In this document: piece by piece, positions 22,338 to 32,335 of the stretch
Position numbering within the stretch: position 1 is the stretch's first letter
Layout of the letters: every line of letters begins with the position of its first letter
Assembly: GCA_963719225.1 (NCBI GenBank)
Contig: CAVRAY010000001.1
Location: 2,176,001-2,240,000, forward strand
DNA: 64,000 nucleotides
Source: Thermoanaerobaculia bacterium
Lineage (GTDB): Bacteria > Acidobacteriota > Thermoanaerobaculia > UBA5066
Reading direction: 5' to 3'
The notes under the pieces: generated by a model
Told to the model about the DNA's origin: nothing
Database searches by the model: none
The model's input: only the letters and a program-made list of their open reading frames with translations
Translations under genes and position numbers: made by a program

Positions 22338-22391
22338 CAACGCGCTGCAGCGGACTCGCTTCGCTCGCCGCTGAGCTTGATATCGTTGGGC
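22332..22391 (+). repeat. attC site 3
   Basis: GCCTAAC...GTTGGGC. Confidence 0.95.
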
Positions 22392-22426
22392 GGCGAAGGG
22401 CTAAACTGAGCATGAAGGAGCGGCAC

Positions 22427-22810
22427 ATGCGAATTTCTAAGCTGGCGCTCGTACTTCTATTCGCCGCAACTCCCCTAGCCGCCGACACACCCTGCGCGCG
22501 AACCATTGGTGGCCGGCACATTCCTGCATTTGTCGGCGTCGGCTCGGAGGGCCTCGATTTTCAGAAGCGCTGCCTCGTCTGGGAATACTCCGCTGAGCCC
22601 AAGGCTGAATTCATCCCTGCTCCGGAGGCACCGTCCTTTTCCCCAGCCTCACAGGTCGTCGTAATCCAGCCGGCTCCCAACCGCCAATCGGGCTCACTGG
22701 CCCTCTCGGATCTCCTCTCGCGGAGTCTCAGCATTAAGCCAGGTATTTCCGAATCCGCGCTCACCTCCGTGTCAGAGGGTTCGGATCCCCAGCTTCCTGC
22801 GGTTAAGTAG
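22427..22810 (+). CDS. Cassette 4: hypothetical secreted protein
   Basis: AAGGAG RBS; signal peptide MRISKLALVLLFAATPLAA. Confidence 0.7.
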   Translation: MRISKLALVLLFAATPLAADTPCARTIGGRHIPAFVGVGSEGLDFQKRCLVWEYSAEPKAEFIPAPEAPSFSPASQVVVIQPAPNRQSGSLALSDLLSRSLSIKPGISESALTSVSEGSDPQLPAVK

Positions 22811-22959
22811 CGGGTTCCGGCGCCGCCCAACACCTCATATCTGGACTCCTCCTTGGGATCAAGTGCGGGCGGTCTGTGGTTTTTCTCCTTCTAAGAAATC
22901 AGGCGATCCTGGGTCGTCGGGGCGATTCCTGCGTGGGAACGCGATCGATGGTGATGAGC

Positions 22960-23150
22960 GGAGAAGGTCGCGACGGCACTCGTATCTACGGCCTCTTCTG
23001 TTGGAGCCTTCGTGGGCTCCGGGCCAGGATGAAATCCGCACACGGGGGGCCAATCGTTGTGCAACGGCTTCTTGGAGCCAGAGGTGTTATCGGCTTTGCC
23101 CCGTGTCGGTCGGACCGAGCTCATCTGTCGCATCTTTCGCGTTCGTCGGC
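22960..23150 (-). ncRNA. Predicted bridge/seek RNA of the IS1111-type element (repeated in the other three copies; ends approximate)
   Basis: Non-coding region downstream of the transposase; minus strand carries TAACACCTC and CCGTTGCA (target-like) and TTCATC and AGATA (IS-end-like) between hairpins. Confidence 0.75.
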
Positions 23151-23187
23151 GGGAAGGGCTGACGGGTTTCTCTCCCACTTTCTCGTT

Positions 23188-24243
23188 TCAGGCAGAAGCG
23201 GTTGCTGGAGGGTTCTGAGCGGCGAACCTGGCCTTGAACGGCTCGCCCCGCGTCGCGACGGCCCAGATGATCCGGGCGAGCTTGTTTGCGACGGCGACTG
23301 CGGCGCGGTTTCGCCCGCGCCTGTTCTCGACCTCGAGCGCCCATCGCTGCAGGTCATGCGGCCTTTTCCTGCGATGGGCCGAGAGCAGCATCGAGCGGGC
23401 CCCGCCGATCAAAAGCGTCCTGAGGTACGGGTCTCCGGCCTTGCTGATCGACCCGAGCCACCTTCTCTTTCCGCTCGAGCTTTCCTTCGGCGTCAGCCCG
23501 AGCGAGCTCGCAAACTTCCGTCCCGACTTGAAGCGCAGGAAGTCTCCGACCATCGCAGAAAACGCCGTGGCGTTCAGGAGACCTACACCCGGAATCGTCT
23601 CGAGCCTCTCGACGAGAGGAGCCGTCCGGGCCAGGGCCTTCAGCTGCTTTTCGACCTGCCCGCTTCTTTCCTCGAGCTCTCGGGCCTCGGCCATCATCGC
23701 CATGAGCGCCGCGTGAAGGGGTTCGGGCACGGGCGAGGAAGACTGCGAGAGGGCTTCGAAAAGCGCCGGCTGGACTCTCTCGGCTCCCTCGGCAATCACA
23801 ACCCCGAATTCCCTCAGCAGACCTCTCACGGTGTTCAGCCGGGCGGTCCGGGTCTTCATCAGCGCCGCGCGCACCCGGTGAAGCGCGCAGATGGTCTGCT
23901 GCTCGACCGTCTTGACGGGCACGGCGACGATCGTTTCTCGGTGCCGCGCGCTCAGGATCGCTTCGGCGTCCCTGCGGTCGATCTTCTGGCCGATGCGGTA
24001 CGGCCTGACGTGCTGCGCCGGAAGCAGCCGCACGTCGTGCCCGAGCTCCTGCGCCTTGCGGCCCCAGTAGTGCGAGGTGCCACACGTCTCCATGAGGATC
24101 GTGGCCCTGGGGCACTGCGAAAGAAACGTGATCATCTGCCCTCGGCTCAGCCGCTTCCTCTGGCAGATGCGCCCCCCGCGCTCGACGGCAATCTCGAAGA
24201 CGCTCTTGGACAGGTCGATCGCGATCGTCGTAGGATTCTCCAT
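23188..24243 (-). CDS. IS110-family DEDD transposase/recombinase, copy 1
   Basis: IAIDLSKSVF, METCG, KIDRRDAEAI, LGLTPKESSSG, ISKAGDPYLRTLL, AVANKLARI. Confidence 0.97.
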   Translation of the reverse strand: MENPTTIAIDLSKSVFEIAVERGGRICQRKRLSRGQMITFLSQCPRATILMETCGTSHYWGRKAQELGHDVRLLPAQHVRPYRIGQKIDRRDAEAILSARHRETIVAVPVKTVEQQTICALHRVRAALMKTRTARLNTVRGLLREFGVVIAEGAERVQPALFEALSQSSSPVPEPLHAALMAMMAEARELEERSGQVEKQLKALARTAPLVERLETIPGVGLLNATAFSAMVGDFLRFKSGRKFASSLGLTPKESSSGKRRWLGSISKAGDPYLRTLLIGGARSMLLSAHRRKRPHDLQRWALEVENRRGRNRAAVAVANKLARIIWAVATRGEPFKARFAAQNPPATASA

Positions 24244-24407
24244 GGACTCCTCCTTTTCGGCTTCACTCTCCGACTCGATGACGTTGGCACACAGATGCCG
24301 TTTTCACGTCATGAAGGAGGAGTCCACTTCATCCCTGCAGCGGACTCGTCGTCAGTCGCTGCGCTCCTTCCTCCTCGCCGCTGAGCTTGATATCGTTAGG
24401 CCGCTCA

Positions 24408-24791
24408 ATGGTGCAAGTGGAACAAGCGGCATGGCCTCGCGAGCGCCGAATCAGGTTTGCCAGAGTAACGGCCCTTCTCGCCGGTGCCGCATCCGTCATT
24501 CCCTCCTGCTGGATGCTTTCTCTCGGGCCCTTCAAACCCTCGGAGTGGAACCTCGTCCACCTCGTGGTACTGCTCCTGCCGTGGCCCGGCCTCGTCGGCG
24601 CGTTTATCTTGCGGCGGCGACCTGACGAGGCCATCGCGCTTTTCCTGTTCAGCGCGGCCGGTTGCGGTTACATGTCCGTGTTTCTTTTCCCCTTGCCCTT
24701 CTGGGTCCCAGCCGCCCTGTTCTGGTTCGTTGCCGTGGGCTTCGCGTGGGGCCCGGCGCCCACGGCACAACTTCCCGCGCCCCACAGCTAG
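24408..24791 (+). CDS. Cassette 5: hypothetical membrane protein
   Basis: Hydrophobic ORF between GTTAGGCCGCTC and GAGCGGCCTAAC. Confidence 0.65.
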   Translation: MVQVEQAAWPRERRIRFARVTALLAGAASVIPSCWMLSLGPFKPSEWNLVHLVVLLLPWPGLVGAFILRRRPDEAIALFLFSAAGCGYMSVFLFPLPFWVPAALFWFVAVGFAWGPAPTAQLPAPHS

Positions 24792-24823
24792 CCTGCCAGG
24801 CCACAAGGAGCGGCCTAACAACG

Positions 24824-26319
24824 TATCTGGACTCCTCCTTGGGATCAAGTGCGGGCGGTCTGTGGTTTTTCTCCTTCTAAGAAATCAGGCGATCCTGGGT
24901 CGTCGGGGCGATTCCTGCGTGGGAACGCGATCGATGGTGATGAGCGGAGAAGGTCGCGACGGCACTCGTATCTACGGCCTCTTCTGTTGGAGCCTTCGTG
25001 GGCTCCGGGCCAGGATGAAATCCGCACACGGGGAGCCAATCGTTGTGCAACGGCTTCTTGGAGCCAGAGGTGTTATCGGCTTTGCCCCGTGTCGGTCGGA
25101 CCGAGCTCATCTGTCGCATCTTTCGCGTTCGTCGGCGGGAAGGGCTGACGGGTTTCTCTCCCACTTTCTCGTTTCAGGCAGAAGCGGTTGCTGGAGGGTT
25201 CTGAGCGGCGAACCTGGCCTTGAACGGCTCGCCCCGCGTTGCGACGGCCCAGATGATCCGGGCGAGCTTGTTTGCGACGGCGACTGCGGCGCGGTTTCGC
25301 CCGCGCCTGTTCTCGACCTCGAGCGCCCATTGCTGCAGGTCATGCGGCCTTTTCCTGCGATGGGCCGAGAGCAGCATCGAGCGGGCCCCGCCGATCAAAA
25401 GCGTCCTGAGGTACGGGTCTCCGGCCTTGCTGATCGACCCGAGCCACCTTCTCTTTCCGCTCGAGCTTTCCTTCGGCGTCAGCCCGAGCGAGCTCGCAAA
25501 CTTCCGTCCCGACTTGAAGCGCAGGAAGTCTCCGACCATCGCAGAAAACGCCGTGGCGTTCAGGAGACCTACACCCGGAATCGTCTCGAGCCTCTCGACG
25601 AGAGGAGCCGTCCGGGCCAGGGCCTTCAGCTGCTTTTCGACCTGCCCGCTTCTTTCCTCGAGCTCTCGGGCCTCGGCCATCATCGCCATGAGCGCCGCGT
25701 GAAGGGGTTCGGGCACGGGCGAGGAAGACTGCGAGAGGGCTTCGAAAAGCGCCGGCTGGACTCTCTCGGCTCCCTCGGCAATCACAACCCCGAATTCCCT
25801 CAGCAGACCTCTCACGGTGTTCAGCCGGGCGGTCCGGGTCTTCATCAGCGCCGCGCGCACCCGGTGAAGCGCGCAGATGGTCTGCTGCTCGACCGTCTTG
25901 ACGGGCACGGCGACGATCGTTTCTCGGTGCCGCGCGCTCAGGATCGCTTCGGCGTCCCTGCGGTCGATCTTCTGGCCGATGCGGTACGGCCTGACGTGCT
26001 GCGCCGGAAGCAGCCGCACGTCGTGCCCGAGCTCCTGCGCCTTGCGGCCCCAGTAGTGCGAGGTGCCACACGTCTCCATGAGGATCGTGGCCCTGGGGCA
26101 CTGTGAAAGAAACGTGATCATCTGCCCTCGGCTCAGCCGCTTCCTCTGGCAGATGCGCCCCCCGCGCTCGACGGCAATCTCGAAGACGCTCTTGGACAGG
26201 TCGATCGCGATCGTCGTAGGATTCTCCATGGACTCCTCCTTTTCGGCTTCACTCTCCGACTCGATGACGTTGGCACACAGATGCCGTTTTCACGTCATGA
26301 AGGAGGAGTCCACTTCATC
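24824..26319 (-). mobile_element. IS1111-type element, copy 2, in attC 5 (halves 24813-24823 and 26320-26367)
   Basis: Near-identical to copy 1; left junction CTAACAACG|TATCTGG. Confidence 0.95.
25174..26229 (-). CDS. IS110-family transposase, copy 2
   Basis: 351 aa; one residue differs from copy 1 (QQW vs QRW). Confidence 0.97.
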   Translation of the reverse strand: MENPTTIAIDLSKSVFEIAVERGGRICQRKRLSRGQMITFLSQCPRATILMETCGTSHYWGRKAQELGHDVRLLPAQHVRPYRIGQKIDRRDAEAILSARHRETIVAVPVKTVEQQTICALHRVRAALMKTRTARLNTVRGLLREFGVVIAEGAERVQPALFEALSQSSSPVPEPLHAALMAMMAEARELEERSGQVEKQLKALARTAPLVERLETIPGVGLLNATAFSAMVGDFLRFKSGRKFASSLGLTPKESSSGKRRWLGSISKAGDPYLRTLLIGGARSMLLSAHRRKRPHDLQQWALEVENRRGRNRAAVAVANKLARIIWAVATRGEPFKARFAAQNPPATASA

Positions 26320-26373
26320 CCTGCAGCGGACTCGCTACGCTCGCCGCTGAGCTTGATATCGTTAGACGGCCAA

Positions 26374-26865
26374 ATGTGCAGAAACCCCAGCAGACTCGTC
26401 GTAGTAGCGGTGTTTCTTCTTCTCGTGCGCCATGTCCATGGCCAGAAGGCTAACGCCCGGCTGGACGGCCGCGTGACCGCGGCGGACGGCGCATCCCTGC
26501 CAGGTGTCGCAATCCGGCTCGAGTCATCAACTATTTCGGGCATGCCGGTTCACGTCACGAACGCGTATGGCGAGTACTACGTGGTGTTTCTGGCTCCCGG
26601 TACGTATTCAGTCACGGCCGAACTAAGCGGCTTCGTCCCTCAAACCCAGTCGGCCACCCTGTCGGCCCAGCGGCCAGCGGTTATCGCTAACTTCAAGCTC
26701 GCCCTCCAGCAACCGCAGACGCCTATTCGGGTCGCCTTTGTCGACCCCAGCTTCTCGGTCGGCGCTACCACCGCTCCGTCGGGTCTGCCTTTCCTACCCC
26801 CGGCCATTCCATCACTTCCAATCACTCGCTCTTACGGCCCCACCTTTGTGGGGCGGGGTCCCTGA
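26374..26865 (+). CDS. Cassette 6: secreted carboxypeptidase-regulatory-like domain protein
   Basis: LDGRVT...LPGVAI...TNAYGEY...LAPGTYSVTAELSGF. Confidence 0.8.
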   Translation: MCRNPSRLVVVAVFLLLVRHVHGQKANARLDGRVTAADGASLPGVAIRLESSTISGMPVHVTNAYGEYYVVFLAPGTYSVTAELSGFVPQTQSATLSAQRPAVIANFKLALQQPQTPIRVAFVDPSFSVGATTAPSGLPFLPPAIPSLPITRSYGPTFVGRGP

Positions 26866-26884
26866 GTGGTTCGGCCGCGTGGCC

Positions 26885-26944
26885 GTCTAACAACGCGCTC
26901 CAGCGGACTCGCTGCGCTCGCCGCTGAGCTTGATATCGTTAGCC
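26885..26944 (+). repeat. attC site 6
   Basis: GTCTAAC...GTTAGCC. Confidence 0.95.
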
Positions 26945-26960
26945 GCCGTATAATCACGAC

Positions 26961-27182
26961 ATGTCGACGCCCGTACTCGACGACGCTCTTCGCCTCCCGG
27001 TTACGGAGCGAATCGAGCTCGTTCAGGCCATCTGGGACAGCATCGTGGCGGAATCCGCTTCGGTGCTGGTCACGGACGAGCAGCGTGCCGAAATCGACCG
27101 GCGGCTCTCGGACGCGGCGTCGAACCCTAAAGACGAACGGCCGTGGTCCGAGGTTCGCTCGTCCTTAGAACGTAGCCGGTGA
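26961..27182 (+). CDS. Cassette 7: addiction-module antitoxin (TIGR02574-like)
   Basis: LPVTERIELVQAIWDSI...EIDRRL...PWSEV. Confidence 0.88.
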   Translation: MSTPVLDDALRLPVTERIELVQAIWDSIVAESASVLVTDEQRAEIDRRLSDAASNPKDERPWSEVRSSLERSR

Positions 27183-27481
27183 GCCTGCCGGTCGTTTTTC
27201 GCGGCCTCGCGGATCGCGAGGTTCACGCAATCCAGGCCTGGTACGAGGCACGGCAAGCCGGCCTCGGGGGCCGGTTTAGGGCTTCACTCGATCTTGTCGT
27301 GCAACTCATCTCTGAGCATCCTCTCGCCTGCCCTCTGGCTCACCGCGACGCCCGGCGCGCGCTCGTCCCTGGCTTTCCGTACGCGCTGTTCTACGTCGTG
27401 CTTCCTGACCGCATTCGGGTTCTGGCCTGCCTGCATCAGCATCGCGGGCCAGCGGCCGTCCGGGAAGCGCTCACCCGTTAG
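27179..27481 (+). CDS. Cassette 7: RelE/ParE-family toxin
   Basis: AWYEARQAGLGGRF...RRALVPGFPYALFY...VLACLHQHRGP; GTGA overlap with the antitoxin. Confidence 0.88.
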   Translation: MSLPVVFRGLADREVHAIQAWYEARQAGLGGRFRASLDLVVQLISEHPLACPLAHRDARRALVPGFPYALFYVVLPDRIRVLACLHQHRGPAAVREALTR

Positions 27482-27485
27482 CGGC

Positions 27486-27545
27486 GGCTAACAACGCGCT
27501 GCAGCGGACTCGCTTCGCTCGCCGCTGAGCTTGATATCGTTAGGC
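27486..27545 (+). repeat. attC site 7
   Basis: GGCTAAC...GTTAGGC. Confidence 0.95.
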
Positions 27546-27564
27546 AGCAGAAAGCGCTGCCACG

Positions 27565-27798
27565 TTGGATTTCGAGCTTCTCTCTCCGATCACCGGCATC
27601 GAGACCATCGCGCGCGGCGCGGCCATTCGCGAAGTGGCGAGGCTACGTCGAGCGTACGGTTCAGGGCGCTGGCTTAAGCGGAAGGGCTTCGCTTTCGTCC
27701 GCGCCGCCGATGGTCTAACCTATCGTGCGGAGATTCACTGGTATGAAGCGAGCGGCATCGGGCGCAAGGAACTCAAGGTCAAGCGGTACTTCCCGTAG
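27565..27798 (+). CDS. Cassette 8, gene A: small basic hypothetical protein
   Basis: IETIARG..IREV.RLRR.YG.GRWLKRKG...AEIHWYEA.GIGRKELKVK. Confidence 0.8.
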   Translation: MDFELLSPITGIETIARGAAIREVARLRRAYGSGRWLKRKGFAFVRAADGLTYRAEIHWYEASGIGRKELKVKRYFP

Positions 27799-27802
27799 CG
27801 CG

Positions 27803-28033
27803 GTGCCAGCGCGTCGGTGGGTCATCTGCGTCAACTCGGCGGGCTACGCGGCCTCGCTCGAGGTCGGTAAGGTCTATCGCACGCTCGGTGCGCCGGCACA
27901 CGGGCCCGCGGACCACCTGCGCGTTGTCGACGAGTCGGGCGAGGACTACGTCTATCCGAAGAACCTCTTTAGGGCCATCACTCTTCCTGCCCAGGTTCAG
28001 CGCGCACTCGGTCACGCGGTCCCTGCTGCCTAA
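27803..28033 (+). CDS. Cassette 8, gene B: small hypothetical protein
   Basis: VICVNSAGYAASLEVGKVY...LRVVDESGEDYVYP; stop in attC. Confidence 0.8.
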   Translation: MPARRWVICVNSAGYAASLEVGKVYRTLGAPAHGPADHLRVVDESGEDYVYPKNLFRAITLPAQVQRALGHAVPAA

Positions 28034-28087
28034 CAACGCGCTGCAGCGGACTCGCTGCGCTCGCCGCTGAGCTTGATATCGTTAGCT
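28028..28087 (+). repeat. attC site 8
   Basis: GCCTAAC...GTTAGCT. Confidence 0.95.
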
Positions 28088-28144
28088 GGCTAAGACTCAC
28101 GGTCGCGAGTAGACTGCATTCGACACTCCAGTCTGGAGGACACT

Positions 28145-28525
28145 ATGCGACACATACGTTCCAGTGTCGTCATCGCATCCGTCACGGCTCTTCTCGCCGC
28201 TTGCGGATCCTCTCCAACCGAACCTACCAACACTCAGGGCCTGCGCACGACCGTCAAGATCACAGTCACGACGTGCGAACTCGGCGGAAGCGTGGTGGTT
28301 CTCTCTGACGGCGGCGGTGCTCCCGTTACCCTATTAACACCAGGAGAGGCCACGCTCAGCCTCACTCCGGGCCCGCATTCCCTGTCATACCAGCGTGGCA
28401 ACCAGGTGTTTGGGGGCGACGTGCTTCTCATCGGTGGTAACACTCTTGGCACGCTTCCGCCCGGCACCACCGCGTCAATCGCAATCCTTAATCCACCCGG
28501 CGCCTGCATGGCAGCACCACAGTAA
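28145..28525 (+). CDS. Cassette 9: hypothetical lipoprotein
   Basis: GGAGGA RBS; lipobox LLAAC followed by GSSPTEP. Confidence 0.78.
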   Translation: MRHIRSSVVIASVTALLAACGSSPTEPTNTQGLRTTVKITVTTCELGGSVVVLSDGGGAPVTLLTPGEATLSLTPGPHSLSYQRGNQVFGGDVLLIGGNTLGTLPPGTTASIAILNPPGACMAAPQ

Positions 28526-28574
28526 GAGCATTCTTCCTGCAAAGGGCCTCTTCGGGCGCACGCTCCTGCGCGCC

Positions 28575-28634
28575 AGCTAACAACGCGCTGCAGCGGACTC
28601 GCTGCGCTCGCCGCTGAGCTTGATATCGTTAGGC
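28575..28634 (+). repeat. attC site 9
   Basis: AGCTAAC...GTTAGGC. Confidence 0.95.
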
Positions 28635-28648
28635 GCCGAAGCAGAGTC

Positions 28649-28949
28649 ATGTCACTAGAACGCACCGTCTTCGCTCCAGTAGAGCGCCTCGCAGACGCGC
28701 TCTACCCTTATCGTTGGCGCTTCGTCCTCTCCACGCTGCTCCTGTCTGCCTTTCCTCTCGTGCTCGCCTTCGCCGGGCGGCGCCTTTGGCCCGAGGAGGC
28801 GGTCCGAGTCGTCTTGTATGTGGCTCCCGTTGTAATGACCCTGGTCGTCTGGGTCTGGAGCGCAAACCTCATCGCGGTATGGTTCGGCCCAGCCCGGCTC
28901 AGGCCCCGTCGCATGCCACACACCCTTAAACGCGCCCGCGAGGCTCTTT
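28649..28949 (+). pseudogene. Cassette 10: membrane protein interrupted by an IS3 element
   Basis: Hydrophobic ORF runs into the IS terminal repeat at 28950; cassette end GGCGCCTAAC reappears at 30285-30294. Confidence 0.7.
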
Positions 28950-28999
28950 TGAATCGCCCCGGCTTTTCCGGAGGCTCCAACACTTGAGAGGATGGAGCC

Positions 29000-30231
<1,232 letters not shown>

Positions 30232-30299
30232 ACCAGTCTCCGGAGAACCCGGGGTGATTCATTGCCTTTTCGCCACTGCATTAGGGCGCCTAACACCTC

Positions 30300-31796
30300 A
30301 TATCTGGACTCCTCCTTGGGATCAAGTGCGGGCGGTCTGTGGTTTTTCTCCTTCTAAGAAATCAGGCGATCCTGGGTCGTCGGGGCGATTCCTGCGTGGG
30401 AACGCGATCGATGGTGATGAGCGGAGAAGGTCGCGACGGCACTCGTATCTACGGCCTCTTCTGTTGGAGCCTTCGTGGGCTCCGGGCCAGGATGAAATCC
30501 GCACACGGGGAGCCAATCGTTGTGCAACGGCTTCTTGGAGCCAGAGGTGTTATCGGCTTTGCCCCGTGTCGGTCGGACCGAGCTCATCTGTCGCATCTTT
30601 CGCGTTCGTCGGCGGGAAGGGCTGACGGGTTTCTCTCCCACTTTCTCGTTTCAGGCAGAAGCGGTTGCTGGAGGGTTCTGAGCGGCGAACCTGGCCTTGA
30701 ACGGCTCGCCCCGCGTTGCGACGGCCCAGATGATCCGGGCGAGCTTGTTTGCGACGGCGACTGCGGCGCGGTTTCGCCCGCGCCTGTTCTCGACCTCGAG
30801 CGCCCATTGCTGCAGGTCATGCGGCCTTTTCCTGCGATGGGCCGAGAGCAGCATCGAGCGGGCCCCGCCGATCAAAAGCGTCCTGAGGTACGGGTCTCCG
30901 GCCTTGCTGATCGACCCGAGCCACCTTCTCTTTCCGCTCGAGCTTTCCTTCGGCGTCAGCCCGAGCGAGCTCGCAAACTTCCGTCCCGACTTGAAGCGCA
31001 GGAAGTCTCCGACCATCGCAGAAAACGCCGTGGCGTTCAGGAGACCTACACCCGGAATCGTCTCGAGCCTCTCGACGAGAGGAGCCGTCCGGGCCAGGGC
31101 CTTCAGCTGCTTTTCGACCTGCCCGCTTCTTTCCTCGAGCTCTCGGGCCTCGGCCATCATCGCCATGAGCGCCGCGTGAAGGGGTTCGGGCACGGGCGAG
31201 GAAGACTGCGAGAGGGCTTCGAAAAGCGCCGGCTGGACTCTCTCGGCTCCCTCGGCAATCACAACCCCGAATTCCCTCAGCAGACCTCTCACGGTGTTCA
31301 GCCGGGCGGTCCGGGTCTTCATCAGCGCCGCGCGCACCCGGTGAAGCGCGCAGATGGTCTGCTGCTCGACCGTCTTGACGGGCACGGCGACGATCGTTTC
31401 TCGGTGCCGCGCGCTCAGGATCGCTTCGGCGTCCCTGCGGTCGATCTTCTGGCCGATGCGGTACGGCCTGACGTGCTGCGCCGGAAGCAGCCGCACGTCG
31501 TGCCCGAGCTCCTGCGCCTTGCGGCCCCAGTAGTGCGAGGTGCCACACGTCTCCATGAGGATCGTGGCCCTGGGGCACTGTGAAAGAAACGTGATCATCT
31601 GCCCTCGGCTCAGCCGCTTCCTCTGGCAGATGCGCCCCCCGCGCTCGACGGCAATCTCGAAGACGCTCTTGGACAGGTCGATCGCGATCGTCGTAGGATT
31701 CTCCATGGACTCCTCCTTTTCGGCTTCACTCTCCGACTCGATGACGTTGGCACACAGATGCCGTTTTCACGTCATGAAGGAGGAGTCCACTTCATC
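30300..31796 (-). mobile_element. IS1111-type element, copy 3, in attC 10 (halves 30288-30299 and 31797-31845)
   Basis: CTAACACCTC|ATATCTGG ... CCACTTCATC|CTTGCAGCGG. Confidence 0.95.
30651..31706 (-). CDS. IS110-family transposase, copy 3
   Basis: Same protein as copy 2. Confidence 0.97.
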   Translation of the reverse strand: MENPTTIAIDLSKSVFEIAVERGGRICQRKRLSRGQMITFLSQCPRATILMETCGTSHYWGRKAQELGHDVRLLPAQHVRPYRIGQKIDRRDAEAILSARHRETIVAVPVKTVEQQTICALHRVRAALMKTRTARLNTVRGLLREFGVVIAEGAERVQPALFEALSQSSSPVPEPLHAALMAMMAEARELEERSGQVEKQLKALARTAPLVERLETIPGVGLLNATAFSAMVGDFLRFKSGRKFASSLGLTPKESSSGKRRWLGSISKAGDPYLRTLLIGGARSMLLSAHRRKRPHDLQQWALEVENRRGRNRAAVAVANKLARIIWAVATRGEPFKARFAAQNPPATASA

Positions 31797-31861
31797 CTTG
31801 CAGCGGACTCGCTTGCGCTCGCCGCTGAACTCGATATCGTTAGACCGCACAGGGGACGAGC

Positions 31862-32227
31862 GTGAAGCGTGCCGACCCGAGCAAACGGATCAATCGCCTC
31901 CTCCGGGAGCTCGCGGGTCGCGCTCATGCGGAGGCGCTCGGCCGAGAACTTTTGGAGCTTCACGAGGACTTCCATGCTTGGCAGAAGGGCAACCTCTCGG
32001 CCTTCGACCTGAACGAAAACATTCATCGCTTTCATGACGGGCCGAGTCGCAGGCTCTACATTCACTACACTTCAGGGCTATACGAACTCGTCGTTGCGCG
32101 CGCCGTCATTCAAGGGCTTCTTTCCGAGTCGTCGCTTCCCGAGGAAGTTCGCATCCATCTCGCCCCAGCCATTGCGCGTGAGCGAGAGGCCTTGAGGCAG
32201 GCGCGCGAACCCGAGAGTGCGGTCTAA
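31862..32227 (+). CDS. Cassette 11: hypothetical protein
   Basis: SKRINRLLRELAGRAH...SAFDLNENIHRFHDGPSRRLY; stop in attC. Confidence 0.78.
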   Translation: MKRADPSKRINRLLRELAGRAHAEALGRELLELHEDFHAWQKGNLSAFDLNENIHRFHDGPSRRLYIHYTSGLYELVVARAVIQGLLSESSLPEEVRIHLAPAIAREREALRQAREPESAV

Positions 32228-32301
32228 CAACGCGCTGCAGCGGACTCGTCGTCAGTCGCTGCGCTCCTTCCTCCTCGCCGCTGAGCTTGATATCGTTAGG
32301 C
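32222..32301 (+). repeat. attC site 11 (80 bp long variant, same central insert as attC 4)
   Basis: GTCTAAC...CGTCGTCAGTCGCTGCGCTCCTTCCTCCTCG...GTTAGGC. Confidence 0.93.
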
Positions 32302-32335
32302 GGTGAATCGCCAAGTTGCCTTAAAGGAGGAGCAA

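Larger units (their letters stand above)
22837..24333 (-). mobile_element. IS110-family (IS1111 group) element, copy 1, inserted in attC 4 (attC halves 22825-22836 and 24334-24401)
   Basis: Subterminal inverted repeats TGGACTCCTCCTT (22842-22854) / AAGGAGGAGTCCA (24314-24326); TC core on both sides; flanks rejoin to give an attC. Confidence 0.95.

Noticed and set aside
22876-24384. Long plus-strand ORFs (361-540 aa) overlapping each IS1111 copy
   Set aside because: Antisense shadows of the transposase in GC-rich DNA; one is broken by a synonymous SNP in copies 2 and 3
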